Source: Lama guanicoe (Eukaryota). Taken from it: a stretch of 64,000 nt of DNA. The DNA lies in the NCBI GenBank assembly GCA_013239625.1, contig MU054188.1, positions 66,234-130,233 on the forward strand, given 5' to 3'. Numbering within the stretch: the stretch's first letter is position 1; each line of letters opens with the position of its first letter. The notes below the pieces were generated by a model. The model searched no databases. It worked only from the letters and a program-made list of their open reading frames with translations, and was not told the origin of the DNA. Below are positions 26,176 through 39,065 of this stretch, in pieces. The position numbers and the translations under genes are program-made.

Positions 26176-27060
26176 TTGATTGGGGGGGCGGGCCAGGGCC
26201 AACAAGCTCCCAAAGGCCCGGGCCTCGCCTCTTATTCCACCCCAGGTCGCCTGTGCCCAGGAGGGTCCCGGGCGGCCTTCACTCGCCAGGCAGGCCCACC
26301 TACCCAGGAAGCCCATGGCCTAAGGCCCAGCAGGTGGTGCTCCAGGGCCCGTCCTGCGCCCTCCCACCTTCCGGGGCTGCACCCGCTTTCCCAAACCCGC
26401 ATAGGAGAGGCGGCGAAGATGCGGGCTTCAGTCACTACTAATGTTGGGGGGGCACCACGAACCAGGATGGCGGACCCCCGACAAGCCTCAGGGTCCTAAC
26501 AGGCCGCCAGGCCCGGGCCTCACCTACGCACCCCTCCCTCCCTGTGCGCCTCCCCACCTGCGCAGCCCAGGCCTCACTCCCCCCGGCTCCCCGACCTGGG
26601 CGCACACATCAGCGCCTCCTTACTTACCTGGCGGCGGCAGCTTCAGCGACGGCAAGCGGCGGCCCACACCCCAGGCCGTGTTCCTCCTCGGGGAGCTGGT
26701 CCAGGAGCACCCGGCTCCAGCCCAGCCTCCACGCGCTCTGGGCCGGTTCCGGCGTCCGAGCGTCTGTGCGTCCGCGCGTGCGCGCCCCTCCTCCTCCCGC
26801 CCGTAGCGCGGACCCTCGGGCTGGGGTTCCTGCTGGACTGGACTGGGCGACTGGGGCCGGGAGGGGCCGGGAGGGGCCGACCCACCCTGCCCACCCACCG
26901 CCTGCCCAGGCCGGCCGGGTCCCCATCCCCAAAACGGCCCCACCCCTCCCCTCCCCGGTCCTGGCACCCAACGAGAACCACCACCCACCCCGGGCCAGAC
27001 CACACCCCTCAGTCCCACTCCCCGTGCTTGCCTCCCCTTCTCCCCATCACCGCCCCCTCA
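26176..27060 (-). promoter_or_regulatory. orphan CpG island with putative first exon (~26800-26628) of an unidentified gene
   Basis: High CpG density, GCGCGC tract and a perfect donor GCCGCCGCCAG|GTAAGT (minus strand, 26627). Confidence 0.6.
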
Positions 27061-27101
27061 ATGCTTAATTCTGTATTTTCTGACGCTTAAATTTCTTAGG
27101 C

Positions 27102-28404
27102 CAGTGGCCTTCAAGGTGGAGCACACCTCGGGGTACACAGAGACTACGCAGGGCACGTGGGCACGGGTATTATGGGAGACAGGATTTCCAGATCTGCATT
27201 TCCCACGTGTGTTACTCCTCAAAGCAGACCGGTGACACGAGGCTGTCCGCTGTCTGCTAGCCTTTCATGCGAGCTTTTTCACACTCGATTAAAAGCACCA
27301 CCAAATCTTCATCGTCTGCACTACGCTGTCCCCACAATGTAAGGATAATGATCCAATGTGAATTATGGATGTTGATATTGGTGTAGTCAGTCTGATGAGC
27401 AGTAAACACTTTTGTAGATTAGGTGATTTCCATTTTTTTGCTTTCAGCAAAATTTAAGGGGGACCTAATGACATTGTTACCTGAATTAATAATAAGAGTA
27501 GTAATTAATATTATCATTATATAGTAATTATTTTTAAAATCACATAGCTATCACCAAAATAAAAAGTTGTTAATAGTTTATTACTTTATAAATAATACTA
27601 TATTATTGTTGTTTTTTTGATGATAGGTCTCCGTGTGATGTTTTTCACCTCTGTCTTGGAGGGGATATAGAAGAGTTCTATTACATTGCTATAAAATAGC
27701 TTTCTTGCCCTCTCTAGTTTTTATAAAAATCAGCTCTCTTAGCACCTTTAAAATGGAACGCTGAAATACAACTTGATGTTGAACTACGTCATTCCAGAAA
27801 CAAGAAATAGTCATCCTGTGTGTGAATTCTTAAAAGTCTTGCCCCTATATCAGGATGTATTTCAAATAAAATTTTACTTTCACATTGAGTAAATTAACAA
27901 ATTCATAATATATTTCACATTTTGATCAATGTGTACCAAAATGAAACTCAATCTAAGAAATTATTTAATAGAGGATTGTGTTACTTAAAATTTAAAAATA
28001 AATGTATGTACAAATTTTTGTTGTAGAAACTTACATAAAATATCATATTAATACATGAATAAAAACTTTTGGGACAAATAGAACGAATATATGATTTGAA
28101 GGTTAAAAATGAACAGTATGTAATCTCTGACTATTAAAAAAAATCTCACTGATTTTCTTTTGTTTTTTTTTTCACTGATTTTCTTTAATGAATGATGGTG
28201 AGTTCAAATCATTATCACTTTAAGATCCTTTTATTCACAAAAGGAGAAATATGATTAAGTAACTGATAGTGAAATATGATGAACATTATACCCTTAAGCT
28301 TATATTCAACAATTTTAGATACCAATTAAAAATATACTAGTGAATACTTGCTGTTTAAAAATTATTTTAGGCGTTAAGCAAGAAAGGATGTTTGAAAATC
28401 ACTG
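27102..28404. mobile_element. old hAT-Charlie-like DNA transposon remnant
   Basis: TIR-like ends CAGTGGCCTTCAA ... TTGAAAATCACTG; degenerate 8-bp flanks tcttaggc/gcttgggg (5/8 match); AT-rich interior. Confidence 0.5.
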
Positions 28405-28750
28405 GCTTGGGGATTGCAGGGTTTTTTATTTGGGTATTTTATAATCACTTCTGGAAAAAGCTGTGCATGTTTTTCATAAACATGTAACTGCAAGGCCCTG
28501 AGCTGCCATTTATACGCATCTGGTCACACAGACACCAGACATTCACCATCTGCCTTATGTTTGGTCTATTTCCTGTGCTTATTCAGGTACCCCTCTTGAT
28601 TTAAAGACGATGAATGATATTTCTATCAGTTACAGTAACTTAAAATATTTGCTCAGAAAGACAAGATTTGGCATTCTGGGGTGTTTCGTATACTATACTA
28701 ATAAGTTTCCTAAATGTTCCCCCTTATACTTGTCTGTTTCCTTTTTGCAG

Positions 28751-28807
28751 GTAACAGAAACGAAAATAAGCTCTGTCCTCAACTTCCCAGCTGTCATGAG
28801 AGAGTCG
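28751..28807 (+). pseudogene. SH3YL1: SH3YL1 duplicated penultimate exon (SNRNENKLCPQLPSCHERVG)
   Basis: ttttgcag|GTAACAGAAAC...AGAGTCG|gtaaat; 57 nt, phase 1/1; resembles recalled human SNRNEYKLYPGLSSYHERVG. Confidence 0.85.
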
Positions 28808-31800
28808 GTAAATAAGAGTACCTCTGTTTTGAAAATGATTCATAATCATCTTCTAATCACAAAATTCCTACTTAATCTGGCAGGTTGTGGAAGTATCTGG
28901 GAAACTGTTCAGCACCCCTTGCTTGATTGATAGACTAGCCACCTTGTTTTGAGAAGCACTTCATTTAAAACATGCTATGCACAGTTAGATGCTGAACTTG
29001 AGGAGTCGACAGGCTGAACTTGCTGGGAGGTGCCCGCTGCCCCAAGGGCCCAGGGACATTGGCCACAGTGCGCAGAGGCTGTGAACCCCCTGCAAAGGCC
29101 TGGGAACTGGAGTTCCTTTCCTCAGACTTGTCTGAAGTCTGCACCTGCAGTCCAGGTGTCTCAAACATATTAGAAATATTTCTTTAAAGGCAAACAGGGA
29201 AAATGTTTAGTAATAAGAAACAAAACCCTAAGTGGGCTCTGGAGACAGAGGCTCACACTCAAACCCTGTACTTCCACTCACTGAGGATAATGTTTCCTCC
29301 CATGGTTGGTCAGTTGGTTGGGTTTTATTTCTATATCTGAAGGGTTAGGACAAGTTGTACAAACCGTAGGTACCAGGTTAATATTAATATTAATTAATTT
29401 TAGTCCCTTCTCAAAATACAAAGGATTTTGAAGAAAATTAAAGGGAAGATTTAAAGTCTATTTAAAAGATAAATCTTACTTTCCATTACCGTGTTTAAAA
29501 AAAAAAAAAAAAGCTGTGAAAGCAGTTAAAACTCTTACCAGGGATGTCCTCACACCCTGGTCCATCATCCTTGTGGAGAGAAGCCACAAGCCACAGGCCT
29601 GAGGCCCAAGGGGAAAACCCCCCAGTGCAGGATGCCCGGCCCCCCGCAGGCCAGCTCCCCAGCCTGCCCCGGGCCCGCAGACAGGTTGTGTGACCATCAT
29701 TCTCCAGATGTGCACACATTTACTTTGCACTTTTGGAAGCTCGAACCATGTCCTCGGGTCTCCCAGAGGGACACAGCGAGCGCTGGCAGCCCTGGTCTCT
29801 GGGCTTGGTACCTGAGCCTGTGCCTCCTCCGTCAGCATCCGCCCCGGCCTCTCACCTGCCCTGTGACCGTCCGTGGGAACACGGCAGCTCCGTGTTGGGG
29901 GCTGTCCTGGCTGTGTGGGGCTGAGCAGCACCTGTGGACTAAGTCCACCTGGGGCCAGTAGCGCCCCCTCCCCAGCTGTGACAACCACAAATGGCCCAGA
30001 CTTTGACTTTTGAGAACCCCAGGTCTGGTGGCCTCCCCGGGTGTCCTGTCTGGCTCGCTAAACATGACACTCGCAGTCCTACAGAGGATGTGGCCCCATG
30101 TGGCCTGGGTGGAACCTTGGTGCCGGGATCAAGTTGCCTACCCAGCTGATCACTGCAGTAAATGTGAAACAGCCCCAAAGCTGTGTTCTCGTACTTCTGG
30201 TTGCTTCTTGAAGCGCAACTTCGAAAGGCTGAGATCCTTCTTCTGAGTCTGGGGCCAGATATGTTGGCTGCATGTGGGTTACACTATGCAGGCTTCACCA
30301 AGAAGTAAAAAGGCAGTGGAGTCCCATGGACCCAGCCTTCCTAGTTGCGAGCCTTAAAGTAGCTGCCAGTCACTGAGGCTGATTATGATCTGCCTCCTGT
30401 TAAGTGTGGCCCTGATTTGGGAGAGAAAAATAACCTTTATTTGAATTAAACTTGAATATTATGACAAAAATGATCAATTGCTTTAAAGATCCCCAGATTT
30501 TTTTTTAAGCGCAAGAATGCAAAACTTGAAGTAACATGCATCACTCAGGAGGGCAGGCACCTGTGCATGTGGGCTGCTCAGTGACCCTGCGGGCTGGGCT
30601 TCCATGGCCTCCAGGGTGGCCTCCCTTCCTGGAAGAACATGTCTCCTTGGCTCATCAGTTTTTAATGAATCATTTTGTGGACGTTAAACATCTCCTATGG
30701 AAGTTATCCCTAATATTCACAGTAAAGAGGAGCTTTACAGCATCCCAGCTCACTGAAGACAAAGCTAGCGGCAGGCATGGCACCTAGTGGCTCATGAGCT
30801 GTCCCCTTCTGGGAGCACCTGCCTTCACTCAGGCCAGGCTCCCTGCTTTGTTTCCAGGTGGATGAACTTTCCCAACAGACTAAACTCCTGACTCCTAGAC
30901 TCGCCCCCTGGGAGGTGGGGGTTTTGCCTGACGAGTCAGCTGGGTGAGGCGTCTGGCACACCCACGTCTGCTGTCTTAGCCACGTCCCTCCCCAGCTCTG
31001 CCAGCATGAGCCCCCGCGTCGGCCTCGGTTTGGCTCCAGCCTGGACAGAAAGAGGGGCCTCCTCCATCCCAGCAGCGCTGCCCCCTCCTTACACCCGTCC
31101 ATCTCTTTACTGCTTTACCCTTGTCTCATCTGGAGACGACAGTTAGAGCAAATTAGAGGGCAGGGAGTGAATCAAGTCTGCGATCCCCTCTGCCTTTTCT
31201 CTTCCTCGGTTCCTAATATCTTGTCTCCTCTAATTATTCATCATAAAATACATTCCTACAGCCACTAGGAACCACTCCAGTTGTCAGTGATCACCAAGGA
31301 TCGTCAGCATCAGCTATTATTATTCGCACAGTCTGCATAGCACAGGGATGCAGGGGAATAGAGTAATTCCCCTTGAAATCTGGCTCCACTGAAGCAAAAT
31401 GCTCTGCTGAATCTCAGCTTTGTCTGTTGAATGCAATTTAAGATGTGTGTGGTTGCTGAGGACCCTGGGGTGTAATCTCTATAGTGGTTAAGAGCGCTGG
31501 AGACAGACCTCCCAGAGTCAGCTCCCACCCCTGGGACAGGCCACTTAATGCTGGCACGTCTCGGTTCATATTCTGTGCAGTGGGGACACGCGGGCATGTC
31601 CAGCACCCACCACAGTGCCCGGCTCAGCGGACAGGAGAGACTTACCGCGCACACAGGGAGGGACACCTGTTACCCTGCCAGCAGCATTCCTACGCATCTT
31701 TAATTTTGCAGTTAGTGCTCCAAACAGGGTACGTGTGCGGCAGCTAAGACGGCTGTGGCTTTCAGAATATTCACCGATGCTCACAAGCACCTTTCACTTG

Positions 31801-33304
31801 CTGCTTCCCGTTGTCCACCGTGTCTGGGGGACAAGAGGGAGGAGTGACTTGAGGGCTTTCACTAGGTAAGTTCGGTTACTCGAGATTGAGATCCATAAGG
31901 AGGTCATGAGTATAATTATTGATAAGAAAATAATGTTCAGAATGATTTTTCTTCAACATCAACTTGCATTCTTCTGATCTGGTGACAACGTGGCGTGGCA
32001 TGAGGACTGGTCTCAACGTAGTGTGACAGCTACTTTCCCTGGTGCTTAGCAACGACTGTTTATCAGTATATTGGTAGTCATTCAACTGGTTTTGATTTGA
32101 TCCAGGCTCTGTCAAGTTTTATTCTTTTAGTGACATACTTTTAGCCTTATTTCTTAAAATTAATAGATTAAAAATAAATACAGTATAAAATAGAAAAATA
32201 TAAAGCACTTCATTTTACGGAAGGACTATTCCGGTAATATTGCTAGTGGGGTTAGTTATTATTAAGGTTATTTCTCTGGGAGAACTCAACGACAAGACAC
32301 GTGCTTTATAGAAAGGGCTGTAGCACCATCTTGTGTGAGATACAAATTCAGTGCTTCAGTCAAGGTAGTTTAATTAAAGTGATGACTAATTTTATTTCTT
32401 ACTGACAGGCCAAGTTCAGTTTGTTTTTATTATTATAGTATTATAGGCTCAAATAAGTAACTGGCTTTAGAATTTGGTTATTTATATTTTCTGTATATTT
32501 GCGTCTTCGATGCAAGCACCCAACGGCCTAATGTATGCACAAAATTGTACAGAACTTGGAAATGCTGGATTCCATGTAGCTGAGGACACAGAAAGTGTGT
32601 TTCTGTAGAATTCTTGTGATGCTACACAGTTTATGGCATTTGATGTCTTTTACTCTCGTTACCCACTCAGTTCTCAAGATATTTCTTCCCAGTACAACAC
32701 CCACAATTCTAGACGCAGTGTAGAAGTTCCTGTTAAACACGTGTAGACGTGCTTCTTGATGCGCAAATTTGAATTTCGTCTCTGTTTTGAGAGAAGGGAT
32801 CCACTAAGCACAGCAGTGAGAACAGCCATAAAAGCCTGGGGGAGGTAAGTGTCTGCAGCTGCAATGGCACGGGCACCGGGGCCGGAGTCCTCAAAGCCAG
32901 TGACTGCACAGCTCGGTGTTCACGTTAAGGCTGTAATGATCCAATCAGGAGCATAAGCATCGACTTTCATCAGATAACTATAGTTCATGGAAACTATCCT
33001 GACTATTCTATTAAAACAGGAAAAACTGAGAAATGTTATAGATTATTCAAAATTTAAACTCATAACCACAAATATTTGCTAAACACATGTTTAAGTACAT
33101 AATCAAACACAGTTTGACTCGTGTGGATTTAGGGAATGTTATTACCAAACGTGTGCTCTTCACAGTGTGGTGAAATCACACAGCCCACGTGCTTCCAAGG
33201 CGTCCGCACACCAAGCCCCGAGTTGTTCACGGATATCTTGCTGACACATGCTTCCAGTTTCCTCATAAAAATGTGAATAATTTAAATACTTTTTCTTATT
33301 TTAG

Positions 33305-33495
33305 GCAATTGAAACCAGCCTACAGAAGTGACAGCACTGTATTCTTCTGAAGGACAACAGCCCGGGGACTTGAATTTTCAAGCTGGAGACAGAACCACAG
33401 TTTTATCAAAAACAGACTCACATTTTGATCGGTGGGAAGGAAAGCTCCGAGGTCAAACTGGCATTTTTCCAGCCAACTCTGTTACCATGAATTAA
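33305..33495 (+). pseudogene. SH3YL1: SH3YL1 duplicated last exon (SH3 domain) with in-frame stop
   Basis: ttattttag|GC AAT TGA AAC...: GN*NQPTEVTALYSSEGQQPGDLNFQAGDRTTVLSKTDSHFDRWEGKLRGQTGIFPANSVTMN*, near-identical to the recalled SH3YL1 C-terminus. It has TGA at 33310 plus ALYSF>ALYSS, WW>RW and PANY>PANS changes. AT-rich 3' UTR with AATAAA near 34032 and 34067. Confidence 0.92.
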
Positions 33496-34199
33496 AGTTC
33501 ATATGACTTCCTTCTCTGAGAATTATAAGAAAATTATTTCTACACTCACAGGATTCACTATCCAGTTAAACAATGTTTAATACAAGTTCAAAATCTCTTC
33601 TGTTTATTCCATAAATCTTTATCCTGTATGTAAAAGATCTTGTTTTTCTATACATAAATATTTACCTTACATGTCTTTAAATACTTTCCTCTAATTTTAT
33701 TACATATACTATTTAAGAGTTAATGTATTCCAATTCATATGGTCACATTATTTTTGTGTTCATTTTCAAACACCCATAAACACTTGATTTGGCTTTGTGC
33801 CTGATGACTTAAAAGCTTAAAGATGGGGGCATGAATTCTAACTGGGTATTAAGTAATAACTAGAATATTTATTCTTAAAATTATTTCTATACCTTCAAAA
33901 ATTGCATATATTTGTTTCATGTACATATATGAAAAATGCTATTACAAAGAAATTCAACCACTATTCATTAAAAAAAGCTGAAATCTATTAGTTTTCTTTC
34001 TTTGTGAGGTTATGTTCATTTGTAGCAGTAGAATAAACTTACGTTGACATGGTTCTGTTGTCCCTAAATAAATGTTTTTAAATGCTAATTTAATGTTTTG
34101 ATTTTGTTTTTCTTCTTCGTGTTTTGTAAAGTAACCAGAGGTCTGTGATTGGTCTGCAGGTTAAAACTCACCTCCATGACAGTACTGCTAAATCCTTCT

Positions 34200-34653
34200 T
34201 TTTTTGTTTTATTAACATAAATTTGATAAACAAAATTGTAAAATTTTTAAAGGGTCTGTGATTTGAAATACACAGATGTTAAAGGATTCTGAGTTAATGA
34301 ACACATCCAAAATCTCACATATTTTTTTATGTGATGAGAACCCTTAAGTTCTACTCTCTCAGAAAATTTCAATTATAGAATGCAACATTATAACTGTAGT
34401 CTCCACATTGTACATTAGATCCCCAGAACATACTCCTCTTACAAACTAGAAGTTTGTACCCTTGATCAGCATCTCTTAATTTTGCCCACTTCCCAACCCC
34501 TGGTCAACACCAATCTGGTCTCTTTCTATGAGTTTGATTGTTTTGAATCCCATTTGAGATCATGCAGTATTTATTTGTCCTTGTCTGATCTGTTCGTTTA
34601 ACATAATCCCCTCAAGTTTCATCCATGTTGTTGGAAATTTCAAGATTTTCTTC

Positions 34654-34692
<39 letters not shown>

Positions 34693-37600
34693 AATAATCT
34701 CACATTTTCTTTATCCATTCATCTGTTGATGGACATTTAGGGTTTTCTATATATAACATGCCATCTGTAAACAGAGAAAATCTTACTTCCTCCTTTCCAG
34801 TTTGAACGCCCTTTATATCTTCTTCTTGCCTAACTTCTCTGGCCATGGCTTCCAGCACAATGCTGAATAGAACTGGTGAGAATGGATGTCCTGATTGTTC
34901 CTGATCCTGGAGGGAAAGCTTTCAGATTGTCGCTGTGGAGTATGATGTTAGCTGTGGGCTGGTCAAACATGAGCATGTTGTTTAATCTCCACATATTTGT
35001 GAACTTTCCAGTTTCCTTCTTATAATTGATTTCTAGTTTTATACCATTGTGGCCAGAAAAAGATACTTGATATGATTTCAGTCTTCTTAAATTCCTTAAG
35101 ACCTATTTTGTGCCTAACATAGACTCTATCCTGGAGAATGTTCCATGTTCACATGCGAAGAATGTGTATTCTGCTGCTATTGGATGAAATGTTCTGACAT
35201 GTTCTTTAAGGCCAGTGTTTCCTTATTGATTTTCTGTCTGGATGATCTATCCATTGATGAAAGTGGGGTATCAAAGTCCCCCCCCCATAATTTTGTATTG
35301 CTATTTCTCCTTTTAGGCCTATTAGTATTTGCTTTACATATTTAGCTGCTCCTATGTTGGGCATATAGATATTTGCGAATGTTACAGCCTCTTGTTGAAT
35401 TGACCCTTTATTGTTACATAATGACTTTCTCTGTCTCTTATTATAGTATTTTGATTAAAGTCTATTTTTTTGGATGTGAGTACAGCTACCTCTGCTTTGT
35501 TTTGGTTTTCACTTGCACGGAATAACTTTTTCCATCCCTTCACTCTCAGTCTGCATATGCCTTGAAAGCTGGTGAGTCTTTTGTAAGTAGCATATAGTTG
35601 GGTCTTATTTTTGTTTAATCCACTTAGCTACTCTGTGTCTTTTGAGTAGAAAATTTAGTCCATTTACACTTGAAGTAATAATTGATAGGTAAGGACTTAC
35701 TACTGACATTTAGTTCACTATTTCTTGGCTGTTTTGTAATTCCTCTGTTCCTCTCTTCCTCTCTTCCTCTCTGTCTCTGTGACTTGGTAATTTTATGCAG
35801 TTCTATTCTTAAATTCCTTTCTCTTTTTGTATATGTCTACTGTGTATTTTTGCTTTGTGTTTACCATAAGAATTACAGAAAACATAACAGTCTGTTTTAA
35901 GCTGATAACAAATTTGCACACACATTAAAGCTCTGCATTCTTACTCCCCACCCCTGCCACTTTAGGTCTTGAATGTCACAATTTATCTATTTTTACCTGT
36001 GTATCCAGCAACAAATTGTTATAATTGTAGTTACTTCACTGCTTTGTTATTTAACTTTCATACTAGATTTATAAGTGATTTCACCACCACCAGCTTTACA
36101 ATAGGAGCGTATTCTGAATGGAACTCTATTTTTAATTTTACCGGTGAGCTTTATGCTTTCCTCTGTTTTCCTGTTACCAATTTGCATCATTTCATTTCCT
36201 CTTTCTTCTTCAGCTATTGTTTGTCTGTAAAACTCTTTCTCTTTCCTTTAATTCTGAAGGACAGCTTTGCCAGGTAGAGGATTCTTGGTTGATGGTTTTT
36301 TCTTTCAGCACTTTGAATCTTTATCATCCTGAGAACTCTCTTCTGGCCTGCGAAGTTTCTGCTCAAAAATCCACTGGCAGTCTTATGAGCATCCCCATAT
36401 CATAATAAGTTGCTTTGCTCTTGCTGCTTTTAAGACTGTCTCCTTGTCTTTAACTTGTGTTAAAGACACAATGTAAAGACACAATGTAAAGATACAATGT
36501 ATCTCACTGTGGGATTCTTCAGATGCAGCTTATTTGGAGTTCTGCGCTTCCTGGGTCAGGACTTCTGTTTCTCGCCCCAGTTTAGGGAGGTTTTCAGCCA
36601 TTATTTCTTCCAATAGGCGTTCTGCCTCTTTTCCTCTCTCCTCTCCTCTGGAACCTCTATAATGTCCATGTTCACCTGCTTGGTGGTTCCTGAAAGGCCA
36701 CTAAGTATCTTCACTCTTCACTCTTTTTCCTTCTTGCTCTCTGCTTGAATAACTTCTACTGCCCCATTTTCAAGTTTGTTGATCATTCCTTTTGTTCAAT
36801 CTAGTCTACTATTGAACCTCTCGACTGAATTTTTCAGTTTGATTATTTTTATTCTATTTCTCAGTTCTATGATTGCTGTTCTGTACTTCTCAATATTTTC
36901 TGTCTGTTGTTGAAGTTTTCACTTTGTGCATGCTTTGCTCTCCTGAATCAGTGAGCATCTGTATGACTGGCATTTTGAGCTCTCTCTCAGGCAGGTCATT
37001 TCTTTCTGTTTCATTATCGTGAGTTTCTGGAGATTCAGCTTCTTCTTTTGTTTGAATCTACTCCCCTGCTTCTTCATTTTCCTTGACCCTCTGTGTTGGT
37101 TTCTGCACATTAGATAAAACCGCCACCTCTCCCAGTCTGGGTGGAATGGTCTCCTGGAGGAGTTGAACCCTGGCAGTCAGCCAGCCCTGAGCTCCTGGTT
37201 GTGTCTTAAACCTCTGCCATTGTCTGAACTGCTCTCTCTGTTTTCAGTGGCTCCCTAGACCCATCAATTTTCCAAAGGGGAAACTCTCAGTACCTAAATG
37301 TGGGTTGATTGGAAGTTGGACCCTCAAACAGGACTGAGAAAGTGTGTAATACGGCCCTTCCTATAGAGAAACTGGGAGACGAGTGTTTTGACTTGCTCAC
37401 CCCGTGCTGAGCTGAGGGGTATAGCTGGGGGGGGGTATTCCTGTGTCCATTTAAAAAGCGCACCTTTCTTTCAGTCCTGTGGGACTCGGGAGTGGAAGTC
37501 CTACACGCTACCAAACCTGGGTGACTAGGGGCCCATCTCTCGAATGGCAGCTGTAAAAGCTGGGGCACTAGATGTGTGGACAGACTCCTCCCAGGGAGAT

Positions 37601-37950
37601 GCTTGGTTTTACTGTTGGAGTGAGCCAGAGGGAGAAGGCGGGGCTCTGGGGAGGGTCACAGCTGGCACCTGTGTGTGTGCTAACTAGATGCTGGGCCCCA
37701 GGAGGCCCTTTGCAAAGTCTGCAACCAAACCCCTTCCAGGCAAGTGGAAGCTGGAAGATCACATTTCTACCTGCAACCTCTGAGCTGGGGCCTAGGGGAG
37801 TAGCCCAGCGGGTGCTGGTGCTCCCACTGGTTCCGTTTGCCACATTCCTGTGGGACTGGTGGACACAGGCCCTGCTGACTTTCAGAGCACAGTGACGTGG
37901 GAGCTTGTCCCTTGGATGGAAGCCTTAGTTAAGGGGAGGGGTGCGAGTTG
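34200..37950 (-). mobile_element. old fragmented L1 (3' UTR, ORF2/ORF1 remnants, 5' region)
   Basis: Antisense L1 3' UTR at 34200-34750, endonuclease-region remnants at 35000-35700, ORF1-like remnants near 36200-37100; (TG)n at about 34657-34685. Confidence 0.8.
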
Positions 37951-38396
37951 TTCAGTTCAGACCCCTCGCTCCACAGGGAGAAGCTGGGAGTTGGGGGGCC
38001 CCTCAATTGCAGGGCACTGCGCTGGGGGTGGGGTTGATGGAGGGGATGTGCCTTTCCTACCCCTTCTGACGTGGGTGTTTTCTGTTACCTGATGTGTAGG
38101 AGTCACTCAGCCAGGCTCTGGGTTTCTCTCAGAGGCAACTGCTCCACGAATAGCCGTGTACTCAGTGCCTCTGTGGTAGAAGGGACATTCAGGAGCCTCA
38201 AGTTACCATCTCTGTCCTTTGAAGTTCTTTCTGGAACTTCAGACCCGTATCTCCCAACTGTGCATTTGACAGCTCTGTTCGGATGTGTCACAGCACCTCA
38301 AACCTCGCTCATCCGAGGTAAAGCTCGCCCGGGCTTCCCCGCCCCTAAAGCCTGCCCCTCCCGTGATGCCCCTCTTCAGCGACTGGAAATCCCACT

Positions 38397-38902
38397 TGTT
38401 ACTGAGCCCAAACTCATTCTGCTCGCAGCACAACAGGCCAATAAGTCAGGAGATGAGGTGCTGGGGCAACGAATAGCAACTTTATTAGGAAAGCTGGCAG
38501 ACCGAGAGGATCGCAGACTAATAATGTCTTGGAGAACCAACCTACTGCAGTCAGAACACAGTCTCCTTTTATACAGAAAAACAGAGGAGGTGGTGTGGTT
38601 GTTGCAAAGTTCTTGCTGCAGGAAGTCTTTGTTCCTGCAGCCACCCATGTGGGTCAGGCCCTGGTGTCCCTGTAAACCTCCAACAAACAAAGGCTATTTT
38701 CTGTTTTGCAACCTGCCATCTCTACATCAGTGTGCAAGTGCTAACATCCCAGAACGGGCTCTCCTGTACGTTTCAGGCTAAAGGCAACACTGCTTTACAA
38801 AAGGTGCAGAGCTAGCAAGACGAAGCCTGGAAAACAAGGCACAGTGGTGAAAGCCACAGGAACAGATCCAACATGGAGTCCGATCTGTTCTTTTCCGTTA
38901 CA
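38397..38902 (-). mobile_element. ERV1-type solo LTR (antisense)
   Basis: TGTTAC...GTTACA termini, about 506 bp; CTTTATT (antisense AATAAAG) near 38480; resembles artiodactyl ERV1 LTRs. Confidence 0.75.
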
Positions 38903-38959
38903 GAGGGACACGGTGACAGCCTCCTGGCAGTTGGCCGGAGGCGTGGCCTGCTGAGAGCA

Positions 38960-39060
38960 GCCTGGTGATTGGCCGGACAGGACGCAGGGGTCACAGGGAG
39001 GCATTGTGATGCACCACGGGCGGTTATAAAAGCCGGCGCCGCTGCCAAGGTGAGCCATAG
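38960..39060 (+). promoter_or_regulatory. core promoter: inverted CCAAT box, GC box, TATA box
   Basis: TGATTGGCC (ATTGG at 38968-38972), GGGCGG at 39018-39023 and TATAAAAG at 39025-39032, 41 nt before an ATG in GAGATGG context. Confidence 0.65.
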
Positions 39061-39065
39061 CAGAG

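Noticed and set aside
28741..28756. YYYYCAG|GTAAC looking like a recursive splice site
   Set aside because: It is simply the acceptor and first bases of the SH3YL1 exon.
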